From: a virus
Taxonomy: Duplodnaviria > Caudoviricetes
Strand: one strand, 5' to 3'
DNA: 64,000 nt
IMG/VR virus record: IMGVR_UViG_3300031555_001437
Made by a program: the position numbers and the translations under genes. Shown piece by piece: positions 1 through 9,789 of the stretch. Position 1 is the stretch's first letter; each line of letters begins with the position of its first letter. The notes beneath the pieces are model-generated. The model was not told where the DNA came from and made no database searches. It saw only the letters and a list, made by a program, of their open reading frames with translations.

Positions 1-204
1 TTTTCCATCTTATCACCTCTCCCCCCCTATAATATCACAAATATATTTTGACTGCAAATTTTGACTAAATAACTTCACGTTTTGAATAATATTATGCAGG
101 GTGGGCAACAATACAAATAACACAATTTAATCTCCAAGTACTTATTGGTTTTGTGATCTTTTTTTGAAGTGGAGTCGCTTATTGCGGCTCTTATTTTTTA
201 CGCG

Positions 205-228
205 AAAAAAAGAGCGGTAGCCCCGCTC
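205..228 (-). terminator. Intrinsic terminator downstream of the integrase
   Basis: Minus strand GAGCGG-GGCTA-CCGCTC followed by a T7 run. Confidence 0.7.
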
Positions 229-341
229 CGCTTATATGCTCGTAACAAGTATTTTATTGTGGTGAAAGTTTCTAACATGACACCAATGACAGGTTTAAAA
301 CTAGCTCCACTTAAAACACAGAATCTTCGGCTGTTACGAGC

Positions 342-1889
342 CTATAGAAAATTTACTTTAATATCAATGTCGTCTCCCTTTCTTGTCCAAGTTATATATT
401 CAATGATAGTCTTATATAGTTCATTGAGTTCTGGATCTGTCAATTCTTTGTTCTTTTTCTTTTCTCTATACTCTTGGATATAATGTAGCTTTTCATGGTT
501 GGAAACAGATGATGCCTTCTTGAGTTTTAGATTTTCAATGTTAAGTTGATTCTCTAAATCATCCATCTCTTTTAATATTCTATCTTTTGCTGTTCTATAC
601 TCATCAAGTGTATCAACGCCTTCGTCGTAGGCAATACGTGCTCTTTTTAGTGCGGCATCTTTTTTATTTATTTTATCCATAATGTTTTTAATTTGGAATT
701 GGATAAGGTCTGTAGATTGGTCTTCGCATTTGTCTATCTCTGCTCTAATTTGTGCCTCGTATTCATTTAACTGTTCTTCAATTGCATCTAAAATGTATTG
801 TCCTCCACCTGCTGAGTTGCCACATTTATTTCCTAAATGATCTTGATGCCAGCAAGTTTTCACCATCAGTCTTTTGCCTCTTTTATACTCTAACGTCATG
901 CCGTACCCACATAGTCCACATCTAACTAGGTTTTTTAATGGATTTGCTTCTTTGGCTCTTCTGTTTGGACATATATTATTTTTTTGAACTTGAATTAAAA
1001 TCCTTTCGTGTTCGTCTTGCGTCTTAACTGCTTCATGCCTATTCTCAACAACAGTCCATTGGTCTTTAGGAATACGCTCCCATTTAGGCTTGTTGGGTCT
1101 GTTCTTGTGGCCATCACCTTTTGTTTTGTTGTAAATAATTTTGCCCAAATGAGTCTCGTCAACTAACATTCTTTTTATTGTAACATTGCACCATCTTGCT
1201 CCCTTTGGTGACAAAATCCCCATACCATTTAATGTCCATGCAATTTCGTTTGTACTCTTCTTTTCATTGAGGAAAGAATCAACCATAAATCTATAAATTT
1301 TTAATTTTTGTAAATTTACAACTAGTCCTTTTTCATTGTAATATCTTTTCCCTGTTTCTGGGTCAAACCATTCTTGATACTCATAAGGGAATGGAGGCGT
1401 GCCATTTGTCCATGCACCTAATTTAGCTCCAACCTTTTTACCCATAGATAGCCTTTGTGTAATTTTTTTATATTCTCTTCTTGCGAATACTGTTTGAAGG
1501 TCTACGGCAAATTCATCGTTATCATCAGATAAATTGTATAGTGAACTTGGAGTTACTATGTAAGTATGCGTTTTCTGAAACACTCTTTTAATTTCATCCC
1601 ACTCGCCAAGAGTGCCTCTTCCCAATCTATCTAAATCTACACAAACAACTGCGTCATACATATTATCAGATATGTCTTTTAATAACTGCTGCATTACTGG
1701 TCTTGCATATAAAGACTCTCCAGTTTCTATTTCTTCATACGCTACATAGACCCACCCTCTGCGATTACACAGCTCTTCCAACACGGTTTTGTGCTTGATA
1801 AGATCTTCTGTAGACTCTCCTCTAGATTTTCTTAGGTATTCTGCTACGTATTTAATAATAACCTCGTTGTATCCAACTCTCATTTCCAA
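342..1889 (-). CDS. Large serine recombinase (phage integrase)
   Basis: N-terminal resolvase motifs YLRKS and DLDRLGRG, recombinase domain, CGLCG...C zinc ribbon, C-terminal coiled coil. Confidence 0.93.
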   Translation of the reverse strand: MEMRVGYNEVIIKYVAEYLRKSRGESTEDLIKHKTVLEELCNRRGWVYVAYEEIETGESLYARPVMQQLLKDISDNMYDAVVCVDLDRLGRGTLGEWDEIKRVFQKTHTYIVTPSSLYNLSDDNDEFAVDLQTVFARREYKKITQRLSMGKKVGAKLGAWTNGTPPFPYEYQEWFDPETGKRYYNEKGLVVNLQKLKIYRFMVDSFLNEKKSTNEIAWTLNGMGILSPKGARWCNVTIKRMLVDETHLGKIIYNKTKGDGHKNRPNKPKWERIPKDQWTVVENRHEAVKTQDEHERILIQVQKNNICPNRRAKEANPLKNLVRCGLCGYGMTLEYKRGKRLMVKTCWHQDHLGNKCGNSAGGGQYILDAIEEQLNEYEAQIRAEIDKCEDQSTDLIQFQIKNIMDKINKKDAALKRARIAYDEGVDTLDEYRTAKDRILKEMDDLENQLNIENLKLKKASSVSNHEKLHYIQEYREKKKNKELTDPELNELYKTIIEYITWTRKGDDIDIKVNFL

Positions 1890-1925
1890 GCGGCAACACT
1901 CCTTCTAATAGTCTATACTTATATC

Positions 1926-2066
1926 TTAACCTGACGTCACTTTACTGTCAATTATATTCTTGAGTTTTTTGGCATAAGTTTTAATGCCGTCTTGTGATGG
2001 TTCGTTGTTATAAGTGATTGTTACTGTAATATTTTTTGGGTAATGTTTAACAATAGTTTTACTCAT
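1926..2066 (-). CDS. Small 46-aa protein upstream of the integrase (MSKTIVKHYPKNITVTITYNEPSQDG...)
   Basis: Read manually; GGAGGT RBS upstream; too short for the ORF track. Confidence 0.55.
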   Translation of the reverse strand: MSKTIVKHYPKNITVTITYNNEPSQDGIKTYAKKLKNIIDSKVTSG

Positions 2067-2100
2067 AGTTCTTACCTCCATTCATTTTGTCGTGTATAGA

Positions 2101-2127
2101 AAAAGTGGCGATATTTCTACCGCCACC
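2101..2127 (-). terminator. Intrinsic terminator after dUTPase
   Basis: GTGGCG-loop-CGCCAC followed by TTTT on the minus strand. Confidence 0.65.
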
Positions 2128-2132
2128 AATAT

Positions 2133-2636
2133 TTAGTTTGTGCTACCTAGCTGGCCAGTGCCGCGCTCAGTTTGTCTGTTTTGAATTTCGCTATAATCGA
2201 CGATGTTAATGTCAACCTTTGGGACCTGAACAAGCAGAGCCTGTGCGATTGCTTTATTGTACGGATATAGAATTGCGTCTGGATGCTCTGCAAGAGGAGA
2301 CTGTTCGCCAGTTTCTCCAATCTTAGAGATGAACAGAGGCACATCGTTGCCGTTATAGATGCATACGAACCACTCTCCGTTGAAGCCTTGATCTATCACT
2401 CCTGCTGACACCTTTATATTCTTTGATCCAGTACTTCCACGCTCACGCAGTATAAACGCCCAGCCATCTTCCAACGCCGATGCAATACCAGTAGGAATGA
2501 GTTTGTTAGCATGCGCTGGAATTTCAATGAAATCATCATCAAAGCAAGAGTAGATATCGAAACCAGCATCCTCGTCTCTCTTGTTAGGAATCACCGCACC
2601 TGGTCTTACTTTTGCAAATTTTACACTTGTTGTCAT
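2133..2636 (-). CDS. dut: Trimeric dUTPase
   Basis: AGFDIY, RGSTG, GVIDQGFNGE and C-terminal RGTGQLGST motifs; start placed at MTTSVK. Confidence 0.92.
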   Translation of the reverse strand: MTTSVKFAKVRPGAVIPNKRDEDAGFDIYSCFDDDFIEIPAHANKLIPTGIASALEDGWAFILRERGSTGSKNIKVSAGVIDQGFNGEWFVCIYNGNDVPLFISKIGETGEQSPLAEHPDAILYPYNKAIAQALLVQVPKVDINIVDYSEIQNRQTERGTGQLGSTN

Positions 2637-2647
2637 ACTATCACCTC

Positions 2648-2962
2648 TTATAGAAACATGCGCCAAGGCTTGCTACCGAACATAAACGGGAAAATATCCG
2701 CATCGTCGCCGTCAAAACATCTTGTAACATCGTAGCTACCATAGTCATGGATGTACGCTGTCAGCAGCTGTCTGTAGTGCTCCTCAGCTGCCTTAACTTC
2801 TTGCTTTCTTATCTCCTTGATCTCTGCAAGCTCCTTTTCGCGAGCCTTCTCCTCTTCAATCTTTTTCTTGTCCTCGCAAGCAAGGATGCAATGAGCTAGG
2901 TCTGCAGGAGTCGCATGCTTCTTCTTGCAATAAGGGCACGCATAAGTATTGTTGTTGTTCAT
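2648..2962 (-). CDS. Hypothetical protein with N-terminal zinc finger and coiled coil
   Basis: CPYC...H..C followed by an E/K-rich helix. Confidence 0.6.
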   Translation of the reverse strand: MNNNNTYACPYCKKKHATPADLAHCILACEDKKKIEEEKAREKELAEIKEIRKQEVKAAEEHYRQLLTAYIHDYGSYDVTRCFDGDDADIFPFMFGSKPWRMFL

Positions 2963-2965
2963 AAG

Positions 2966-3184
2966 TTAATCCTCCTCTGTAATTGTTGCAATGTAACGAC
3001 CACAAGTGCATTCATGGACACCTGGAGTGTTACTGCTTATAATCTCTCGAAATGCCTCGCACATGCACTTGTCCAGACTTGGGTCTTTACGAATACTGCA
3101 CGGACACATGTAATTGTTAGCTTCGAGTTGTTTTAAAATTTCATTGAGTAATTCTTTGTCTTCTGTTTGTTTGATCCGAACCAT
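2966..3184 (-). CDS. Ferredoxin:thioredoxin reductase catalytic-chain-like Fe-S protein
   Basis: CPC, CMC and CTC motifs with FTR-beta-like spacing; adjacent to nrdG. Confidence 0.75.
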   Translation of the reverse strand: MVRIKQTEDKELLNEILKQLEANNYMCPCSIRKDPSLDKCMCEAFREIISSNTPGVHECTCGRYIATITEED

Positions 3185-3645
3185 TAATAATCTACACCTT
3201 TCTTGTAAATACGCTGATTAGAAGTAGCAAGTTTAATACCGTGTTGAATATTTCCATTGGTACTTAGACTTTCTTCGTATCTGCCGCATTTTAGATAATC
3301 ACAATGTTCTTTAATAATTTGCGGAACATTTTCAAAGTCGTATCTAGTAAAAATCCAAACCTTTTTACCGAATTGCTTGAGCCATTTCAAAAAGTTAGAC
3401 ATTTCAGTAATATCCTGGTCTAATGGTTCTCCGCCAAAAATCATTATGTTCTCAATAAGTTCATCAAATGATTTTATTTTAGTTTGCATGGACGCAACAT
3501 ACATTTCGTCCATTTTATCTCCGCGATTAAAATCCCAAGATTCTGGATTGTGACATCCTTTGCAGTGTGGCGAGCCATTACAACCCGCCACGTATATCTC
3601 AAACGCTTTATGCTTTAGTGTATATTGCGTTCCTATTATGTTCAC
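3184..3645 (-). CDS. nrdG: Anaerobic ribonucleotide reductase activase (radical SAM)
   Basis: GC...CKGCHNPESW and GGEPLDQ motifs. Confidence 0.92.
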   Translation of the reverse strand: MNIIGTQYTLKHKAFEIYVAGCNGSPHCKGCHNPESWDFNRGDKMDEMYVASMQTKIKSFDELIENIMIFGGEPLDQDITEMSNFLKWLKQFGKKVWIFTRYDFENVPQIIKEHCDYLKCGRYEESLSTNGNIQHGIKLATSNQRIYKKGVDY

Positions 3646-5555
3646 ACCTTTAACTCCTCTGCGTTATAAAACTTTCTGTTCGGATAATCAACTTCTCTTC
3701 TGGTTTTGTTCCAGTGCTTTACATTTGTAAGGAAGCCAACCACTCTGGTATATTCCTCAACAATGGGCTTTCCGCATGTCGCACAAACTCCGCTCTTTCC
3801 AACAGACATATGTCCATCTTCACATAGCTGTAAGACATAGTTGATTGCATGATAGATAACGCCCTTCTTGGCAGTGACACGAATCAAATCCATAATATCT
3901 TCATAGTTTTCGATGCGTGTATCGCAATTCAAGTGCAGAATACTACCGCCAGAAAAATGCTTATCAAGTGCGCCCTGAATGTCAATTCTATCAAGCAAAT
4001 CTGCGCTTGCAATTAGCGGAACAAACTGGTTGGAATAAAGGTCATACTGGTTCTGGTATCTCATCACCTTGTCCTTCTGCGCAAATTTAACGCTTAGGGA
4101 CTCGCCAGGAATTTGCTCACAGTTGTGCGGAGCTCCATACTGCTTTTCATATCTTGCATTTTCGGCATTGATTGTATTAATGATTCGAAGAGCGAAATCT
4201 CTGCCCTCATTCGTCGTTATATCGTACCCCATTTGCTCAAGGCTCTCATACATTGCGTTGACTCCACAAGTAGAGTACTGCTTCGACAAATCCATAAACT
4301 CATGTGTATAAAGAGGTTCATTGCCGTTTCGAATTCTCTTATCCACAATCTTTCTCTTTGCATTGTTCACTCTAGCACAGACACCAACAAGATACTTCAA
4401 CTCTTCGAAATATCCATCAATGTCGTCCTTATGCTTAAACGCAAGCCGTGCAAAGTTAATAGAACATACGCCAAGACTACCAATCTTGCTGGAGCCAGAA
4501 CCAAATGAGTTAAAGTACTCAGACTTTTGCTCTGATCTTAGGCGGCAGCAGCTGGACAAGGTCGAACTGTCTCCGCAGTAAATATTGATGAAACCAAACT
4601 CAAGATTTTTCTTAGCAATCATTTCGAGGAATTCTTCGTCCTTGATATTCTTATTTTCATCGATACTAAAGCATGCTGTAGTAACTGGGAATGTCAACGG
4701 CACTCCACGTCTAAGCTCTGAGTTCATAACATCAAGATAAATGTCCTGGAGTCTCTGAATAATCTCCTTATTAGGAGAGGAGCCATCTGGAAAAATGTAA
4801 TCATCGCAAAGTTTGTCAAGGAAGTAGTTGTCGTACACAGATACGTTCGTAAATGGGCTTTGGTTTGCTCGAAGGTCGAAGTTTACGCTGTAAATAAAGC
4901 TGTCTAGCATCTCTTTTACATACGTCCAACAATCTTCCTCTGATGCAAACTTAAAGTGTGCGTCAGACTTACTATCTAAAATATTTGCTACATAGTATGA
5001 CATTGTAACAAGCAAGTCTGCTAGACCAGTAGCGCCAAGCGTAGAGTTGGATGCAATGATAACAAACTGCTCTAGCTGAGACTTAAAAGCATGCAAGTAC
5101 TTAGGAGGCTTGCTCTTTACTTTACTCGCCATACACAAACCCTTCATCAAAATGTCATATGTTGAAAAGTTAAAACAGTAGGGTTTACCAGCAGCAATAC
5201 CGTGCATGTCATGGATATAAATATCTCCGCAAAGATTTGCCTCGATCACCATGTTTGCTGTCTCAAGACCATAAAGTCTTTTCATCTCTTTCCACAGAAC
5301 ATAATAACTATTCAGTCTCTGGAATGGCTTCGGTAGCTCTACATCATAAGCAACAACGCTATTGCTTGATACATTCGCATTGGCATCAACGCTAGCATCT
5401 GCTGTTACGTTTGATGCAAAGAAGTTGCGGCTAAACTCGGACATATCCATCTGCTTACCAATGCCGTCTAGATCGAATAAAGTGTCTGGATACTTTGCCT
5501 TTAGGTGCATATAAAGGTCATCAAATTCTTGGTCATAAGTTGTCTTAAAGTACAT
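3642..5555 (-). CDS. nrdD: Class III anaerobic ribonucleoside-triphosphate reductase
   Basis: IYIHD, QSPFTN, SSCCRL finger loop, CEDGH...CATCG zinc site, glycyl-radical loop TRVVGFL. Confidence 0.95.
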   Translation of the reverse strand: MYFKTTYDQEFDDLYMHLKAKYPDTLFDLDGIGKQMDMSEFSRNFFASNVTADASVDANANVSSNSVVAYDVELPKPFQRLNSYYVLWKEMKRLYGLETANMVIEANLCGDIYIHDMHGIAAGKPYCFNFSTYDILMKGLCMASKVKSKPPKYLHAFKSQLEQFVIIASNSTLGATGLADLLVTMSYYVANILDSKSDAHFKFASEEDCWTYVKEMLDSFIYSVNFDLRANQSPFTNVSVYDNYFLDKLCDDYIFPDGSSPNKEIIQRLQDIYLDVMNSELRRGVPLTFPVTTACFSIDENKNIKDEEFLEMIAKKNLEFGFINIYCGDSSTLSSCCRLRSEQKSEYFNSFGSGSSKIGSLGVCSINFARLAFKHKDDIDGYFEELKYLVGVCARVNNAKRKIVDKRIRNGNEPLYTHEFMDLSKQYSTCGVNAMYESLEQMGYDITTNEGRDFALRIINTINAENARYEKQYGAPHNCEQIPGESLSVKFAQKDKVMRYQNQYDLYSNQFVPLIASADLLDRIDIQGALDKHFSGGSILHLNCDTRIENYEDIMDLIRVTAKKGVIYHAINYVLQLCEDGHMSVGKSGVCATCGKPIVEEYTRVVGFLTNVKHWNKTRREVDYPNRKFYNAEELKV

Positions 5556-5556
5556 A

Positions 5557-5778
5557 TTAGTGCTGCTCCTTAATCCATTCTTGAAGTTTTTTTACATCAT
5601 AATATACACCGTCAATAAGAGCAAACGGCGCAGATTTAATATTGTTTTCATCTGCCACGGACATTACTGTGTCTTTATCGTCAATAACGTCAAACTCAAT
5701 ATTCTTTTTCTTCATTATCATTTGAAGCGCATTACACTTCGGACAATGAATTGTATAAAACTTTACTCTTTCTCCCAT
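5557..5778 (-). CDS. Glutaredoxin/NrdH-like redoxin
   Basis: CPKC active site, SAP cis-Pro motif, 73 aa, directly upstream of nrdD. Confidence 0.8.
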   Translation of the reverse strand: MGERVKFYTIHCPKCNALQMIMKKKNIEFDVIDDKDTVMSVADENNIKSAPFALIDGVYYDVKKLQEWIKEQH

Positions 5779-6332
5779 AGTTGATTCTTCCTTTCAATTT
5801 CTTTGATTTTATTTACAATATCTTTCCAGTTGTATGCTCTGTAGATATCATAAACTTTGTCAATGCGCTCATTGTGGTTCCACGCATAATCCAACACGAC
5901 TCTGTCACAAATAATCTTTGTCAATTGATCCAAACAGTCGTCAACAAGCACGTCTGTTGTCAATAGACTCTTATCCATAATGCGGATAATATTATTCGCG
6001 TCAAAAAACGGATAATATTTAGCAATCCAGTCAACCTTCCACGCAAAATTCATTGGAGATGTTGCTGTCGCAAGATAGACTTCGTGCCCGCTATTAACGA
6101 GTGTCTGTAGCCCCCACTGCGAGTCGGGAATTGGCTCAAGCATATCCCACAACTCTTTTTTTGAGAAAAGACTGACCATATAATCGGCATCATCTTTTGA
6201 CATGCAACCGTAGTAATCATACGTTGTTAGGTCTTCCATTTGAACGCTCTTGCCAGTATGCGCGTTGAACATCTTAAGGACACACTCTGATAGATTATTC
6301 AATACACTATCTATGTCCACGCAAATTCTCAT
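5763..6332 (-). CDS. 5'(3')-deoxyribonucleotidase (HAD, NT5C family)
   Basis: DIDSVL motif I, LATA, LVDD motif; start placed at MRICVD. Confidence 0.85.
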   Translation of the reverse strand: MRICVDIDSVLNNLSECVLKMFNAHTGKSVQMEDLTTYDYYGCMSKDDADYMVSLFSKKELWDMLEPIPDSQWGLQTLVNSGHEVYLATATSPMNFAWKVDWIAKYYPFFDANNIIRIMDKSLLTTDVLVDDCLDQLTKIICDRVVLDYAWNHNERIDKVYDIYRAYNWKDIVNKIKEIERKNQLWEKE

Positions 6333-6916
6333 GTCTCGTCCTCCTCGTGGTTCTTCCACACTCCCTCTACGTTTGCAATCCATTTAAGTACAGAATATGA
6401 TTTTGCAAAGTCGATGTTTGGAATTGCATAATCAAAATCAAGACTTCTAGCCATATCGCGGAATTGCTCACGTTCGTCGATGGAACGCTGTTTGAATTTC
6501 ATTCTGTCGTCTTTGCGTTTGTTGATAGCTCTGTGCTCCCGAACTGAATCTGGAACATTAACAAAAACCGTTACTAAACGCAGGTTAGGCAAATTCAGTT
6601 CTCTCAGATGTTTTACGCCGATCGGATCAATTACATAAATGTCATTTTCGTATAACTGATTAACTGTACAGCAGTACTTATAATTGCCAATCTTAGTGAA
6701 CGCTGCGATGCTACCAGAGTTCTCAAGTTCTTGATATTCTTCATCGGAAATAAATACATGAGTATCTCCCTCACCGACTCTTCGCTCGCGCGTAGTATAA
6801 CTGATTATTTGACGAAGACCTGCGCGTTCACACAATTTATTCGCGAGAGAGTCCTTCCCGCTGGCGCTTTTGCCAATCAAACAAAGAAGCACATGTTCTT
6901 TATTCTTCATCGCCAC
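6329..6916 (-). CDS. Guanylate kinase-like protein
   Basis: GKSASGKD P-loop, SYTTRERRVGE, YVIDPIG. Confidence 0.85.
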   Translation of the reverse strand: MAMKNKEHVLLCLIGKSASGKDSLANKLCERAGLRQIISYTTRERRVGEGDTHVFISDEEYQELENSGSIAAFTKIGNYKYCCTVNQLYENDIYVIDPIGVKHLRELNLPNLRLVTVFVNVPDSVREHRAINKRKDDRMKFKQRSIDEREQFRDMARSLDFDYAIPNIDFAKSYSVLKWIANVEGVWKNHEEDET

Positions 6917-7634
6917 AAATCAACTCCTTTGCATAAGGTAGTGTTTCAATCCAATCACACACGACGTGCCATTCAGTCAACTTGTGATGTTTTCTGGCAT
7001 GATAGATATTAAGCAGATTTTCATAGCTCATAGTCACAGTACGCATTTGGTTATAAGAAGAGGGAAGAATTTCAATCATTTGCCGCCAGTACTTCTTATC
7101 TTTAGTTTGGTTGTACTTATTGCGTAAGCCATTTAGTACGGCAATAGTAAGATTAGCAATCCCTCTTGTGCTCAAAGGATAGCATCCATACACAATTGGC
7201 GTCTGTTCGTTTGTCTCATCGGTAAGATTATCATAACTAAAGTCTTCCAACGCAAACTCTTTGCTGTGGATCTTGTGCATAGTGGAGCAGGAGTTTGCCA
7301 CCGTTCCTACCTTATAGGTATCCATTTCTTTCCACCAATACAGAGGCGCAGTGATATCCACGCTGACAAAAATCTGACGCAAAAACTTTCTGTGATCTGA
7401 CCCAGCTCTAACAAGTCTTTTGGCAAGGTCCAAATCATTTTCTCCAAGAGTCATCCAGTCTGTTGTTATGCCGTCATAAGAATCTAACTGCTTATATGTC
7501 ATTCCGCTTGCATCTGTATAGTTAGCAAAATAACTATCGCTCTTATCCCAGCTATTCATTGGATTTCTTGCTCCACGAATAGCGTTTTCAAAATTCATTA
7601 CGCTCGTTCTTTCAAGTTTAATCATCTTAGTCAC
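6900..7634 (-). CDS. Divergent flavin-dependent thymidylate synthase (ThyX-like)
   Basis: H.KFLRQI...I.APLYWWKE.DTY...SCSTMH, LP.SY.Q.RT and RKHHKL.EW segments typical of phage ThyX-like proteins. Confidence 0.65.
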   Translation of the reverse strand: MTKMIKLERTSVMNFENAIRGARNPMNSWDKSDSYFANYTDASGMTYKQLDSYDGITTDWMTLGENDLDLAKRLVRAGSDHRKFLRQIFVSVDITAPLYWWKEMDTYKVGTVANSCSTMHKIHSKEFALEDFSYDNLTDETNEQTPIVYGCYPLSTRGIANLTIAVLNGLRNKYNQTKDKKYWRQMIEILPSSYNQMRTVTMSYENLLNIYHARKHHKLTEWHVVCDWIETLPYAKELICGDEE

Positions 7635-7893
7635 CCACTAAACAATCTTCTGCGCGGCGAATACCATGGAAAATCATTGCGCACTCACATCCACAGAAAT
7701 AATTTTGCTCGTCGTCTAAGTAAATTTCATCTGAGTCATCATAGATAAGCTCACCGCACTCGGCACATCTACCTATCGGCTGCTGCTCATCTTCATAATC
7801 AATTTTTTCATCATACATGGTCTTCACCATCCTTTGGCGCGAATTTTTGCTTTTCATATAAAACACCGTTAATTGGCTGAGCCATAATCGCAT
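7627..7893 (-). CDS. Hypothetical zinc-binding protein
   Basis: CAECG...FCGCEC; true start probably MYDEK. Confidence 0.55.
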   Translation of the reverse strand: MRLWLSQLTVFYMKSKNSRQRMVKTMYDEKIDYEDEQQPIGRCAECGELIYDDSDEIYLDDEQNYFCGCECAMIFHGIRRAEDCLVGD

Positions 7894-8155
7894 CCCGCGG
7901 CATCAATCTTTGCCCTCTCTGCAAGTCTCTGTACGCCTCATTCATAACATCATCCAATTGCGCTTTTGTTAGAACACAAAATCTTTCATCGTCATAAAAA
8001 GGCGCTCCATAAGGCATAAGTTCGTGGTCGAAATGTGTAAAATTATATCCGCGCTTTCGAATGCGTTCAACCAAAGCTTTCTTTCTGTCATTATTAAATG
8101 GAGCAATGCGATACGAGCGGTTATAAGAATCGACCCATCCGATTACTGTATTCAT
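7811..8155 (-). CDS. Hypothetical protein
   Basis: ORF in a tightly packed minus-strand operon. Confidence 0.55.
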   Translation of the reverse strand: MNTVIGWVDSYNRSYRIAPFNNDRKKALVERIRKRGYNFTHFDHELMPYGAPFYDDERFCVLTKAQLDDVMNEAYRDLQRGQRLMPRDAIMAQPINGVLYEKQKFAPKDGEDHV

Positions 8156-8460
8156 GCCTGCTCCTCCTGCTGCGCTGCGGCAACCTCTGCTTCATTTTGT
8201 TGTGTTTTGATCTGCTTTTCAACAATACCTGTAATCTCTGCGATGCAGCGGCGATAATCTCTCAGCGTTGCTTTACTTGCCTTCATGGTAATATGCTTCC
8301 GAATTGCGGCATATACTGCTGCGCTAATAAAACTTGCGCCAATCTTTAATCCCTGTGTTCTCGTTTTATCAAACCACTCCTCAATGACTTTCTGCAACGA
8401 CTCCTCGTCCGCCGCCTTGATTTCAGAAATTACTTCTGACATGTTGTTCTTCTTTTCCAT
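8152..8460 (-). CDS. Hypothetical protein
   Basis: RBS present; overlapping stop/start with its neighbour. Confidence 0.55.
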   Translation of the reverse strand: MEKKNNMSEVISEIKAADEESLQKVIEEWFDKTRTQGLKIGASFISAAVYAAIRKHITMKASKATLRDYRRCIAEITGIVEKQIKTQQNEAEVAAAQQEEQA

Positions 8461-8482
8461 GTGTTAATATCCTTTCTTATTT

Positions 8483-8755
8483 TTAATATACAATTACTGG
8501 TCTGCCGTCACTAGAAATATATGGCAAAGTCCTAATTGTATTATATTCAATCCACTCAATTGCATCAGTTATAGCATCATCAGAATCTGTATATTCTGCA
8601 GCCAAACTCTCAATCATTTTGTCGTAGCCATATACGAGAACTGGCAATCCATGTTCGTTGAACGTATACCCTATAATTGCTGATAAAAAGTCTGGGCCTC
8701 TAAACATCTGCGCGTCTGGATTTTCAGAACTCACGTAGTCAATGACGTCTTTCAC
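8483..8755 (-). CDS. Hypothetical phage protein
   Basis: AIIG...VY.YDKMI...AIEWIEYNT pattern seen in conserved small phage proteins. Confidence 0.55.
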   Translation of the reverse strand: MKDVIDYVSSENPDAQMFRGPDFLSAIIGYTFNEHGLPVLVYGYDKMIESLAAEYTDSDDAITDAIEWIEYNTIRTLPYISSDGRPVIVY

Positions 8756-8916
8756 GCACTCGCCATTACCTTTCTCAGTTCGTCAAGCATGTTCTCATAA
8801 TTGCCTCGCGAAACGACCCATTGCTTATCTACATACAAGTCGTAAACACCATCGCCTCTAAGTTTAATCGTAAAATTGTGTACAGTTGAGTTGTTCATAG
8901 TTTCCTCCGTTTTTCA

Positions 8917-9783
8917 TTACATGGCATGTCCGTCTTTAATTTCCCAATAAAAATCTCCGAACGCAATACGCTTGCCGTTGGCTCTTATAATACCATTGAC
9001 AACCGCATCGATATCTCCTTGTTTCTTTGGACTTCTGTTCTTTATCAAATACTTAATAGCCCACAACGCTGCAGTGTCGATAGTGTCGAAATATTTTCTG
9101 TCACCGCTTTTGTTGTAGCATTTTACTTGATAATTTGATTCATCAGCAAGAGTATCTGCGTCAAATTTCTTATGCGGCCACTGAATGAAGATTTCTGGAG
9201 CATGTTTACTGTTTCCGCTCGGTGTCAACTTTGGCTGTCTCGACGGCAGCTTGGTTGCATCTTCGGCTGTGCATTTTATAAACATATTCTCAGCAACCTC
9301 TCGTAACATCTTAGCATCTTCAAGAGCGTCGTGATGTTGTACTGTTTCCTCTCCGTGAACTAACGCGAAAATTCTTTGCAATGAAATTTGACCAGCATTA
9401 AAATAGTCCCTTACAGTCGTAGAATAGTCAGTCAGCATACCTTTGATTGATGATACAAATATCATTGCTTTGGTATCTTTCATATGACTGATTGTCCTGT
9501 CTAAGAATGTTTTATCGGAGTCGCCATAACAGAAGTACTCTGGGGCATTGTCGTCGTTGATGTTTAACACCCAATCATAAAACTTGCCAAAAGCCTCGTC
9601 GGCACCTGGGGCGTTTGCTATCATCTCGTTTGTGATGCCAGTAAGAGTTGTAATAAAATTACTGACTTTATCCTTGTACGGCTTTACTAGTGTGGCAAAA
9701 GTATCGCCGTTTTCTGCAACACACCCAATGGAAATAATCCTTTGAGAAAACTGCGTTGCTTCAAAATCTAAATAAAACTTCAT
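8917..9783 (-). CDS. DEDDh 3'-5' exonuclease domain protein
   Basis: LDFEAT, IISIGCV, TLTGIT and HDALEDA motifs. Confidence 0.85.
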   Translation of the reverse strand: MKFYLDFEATQFSQRIISIGCVAENGDTFATLVKPYKDKVSNFITTLTGITNEMIANAPGADEAFGKFYDWVLNINDDNAPEYFCYGDSDKTFLDRTISHMKDTKAMIFVSSIKGMLTDYSTTVRDYFNAGQISLQRIFALVHGEETVQHHDALEDAKMLREVAENMFIKCTAEDATKLPSRQPKLTPSGNSKHAPEIFIQWPHKKFDADTLADESNYQVKCYNKSGDRKYFDTIDTAALWAIKYLIKNRSPKKQGDIDAVVNGIIRANGKRIAFGDFYWEIKDGHAM

Positions 9784-9789
9784 CTTTTG

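Noticed and set aside
240-340. Possible attP/att site next to the integrase
   Set aside because: No convincing inverted repeat or host-gene junction is visible in the window
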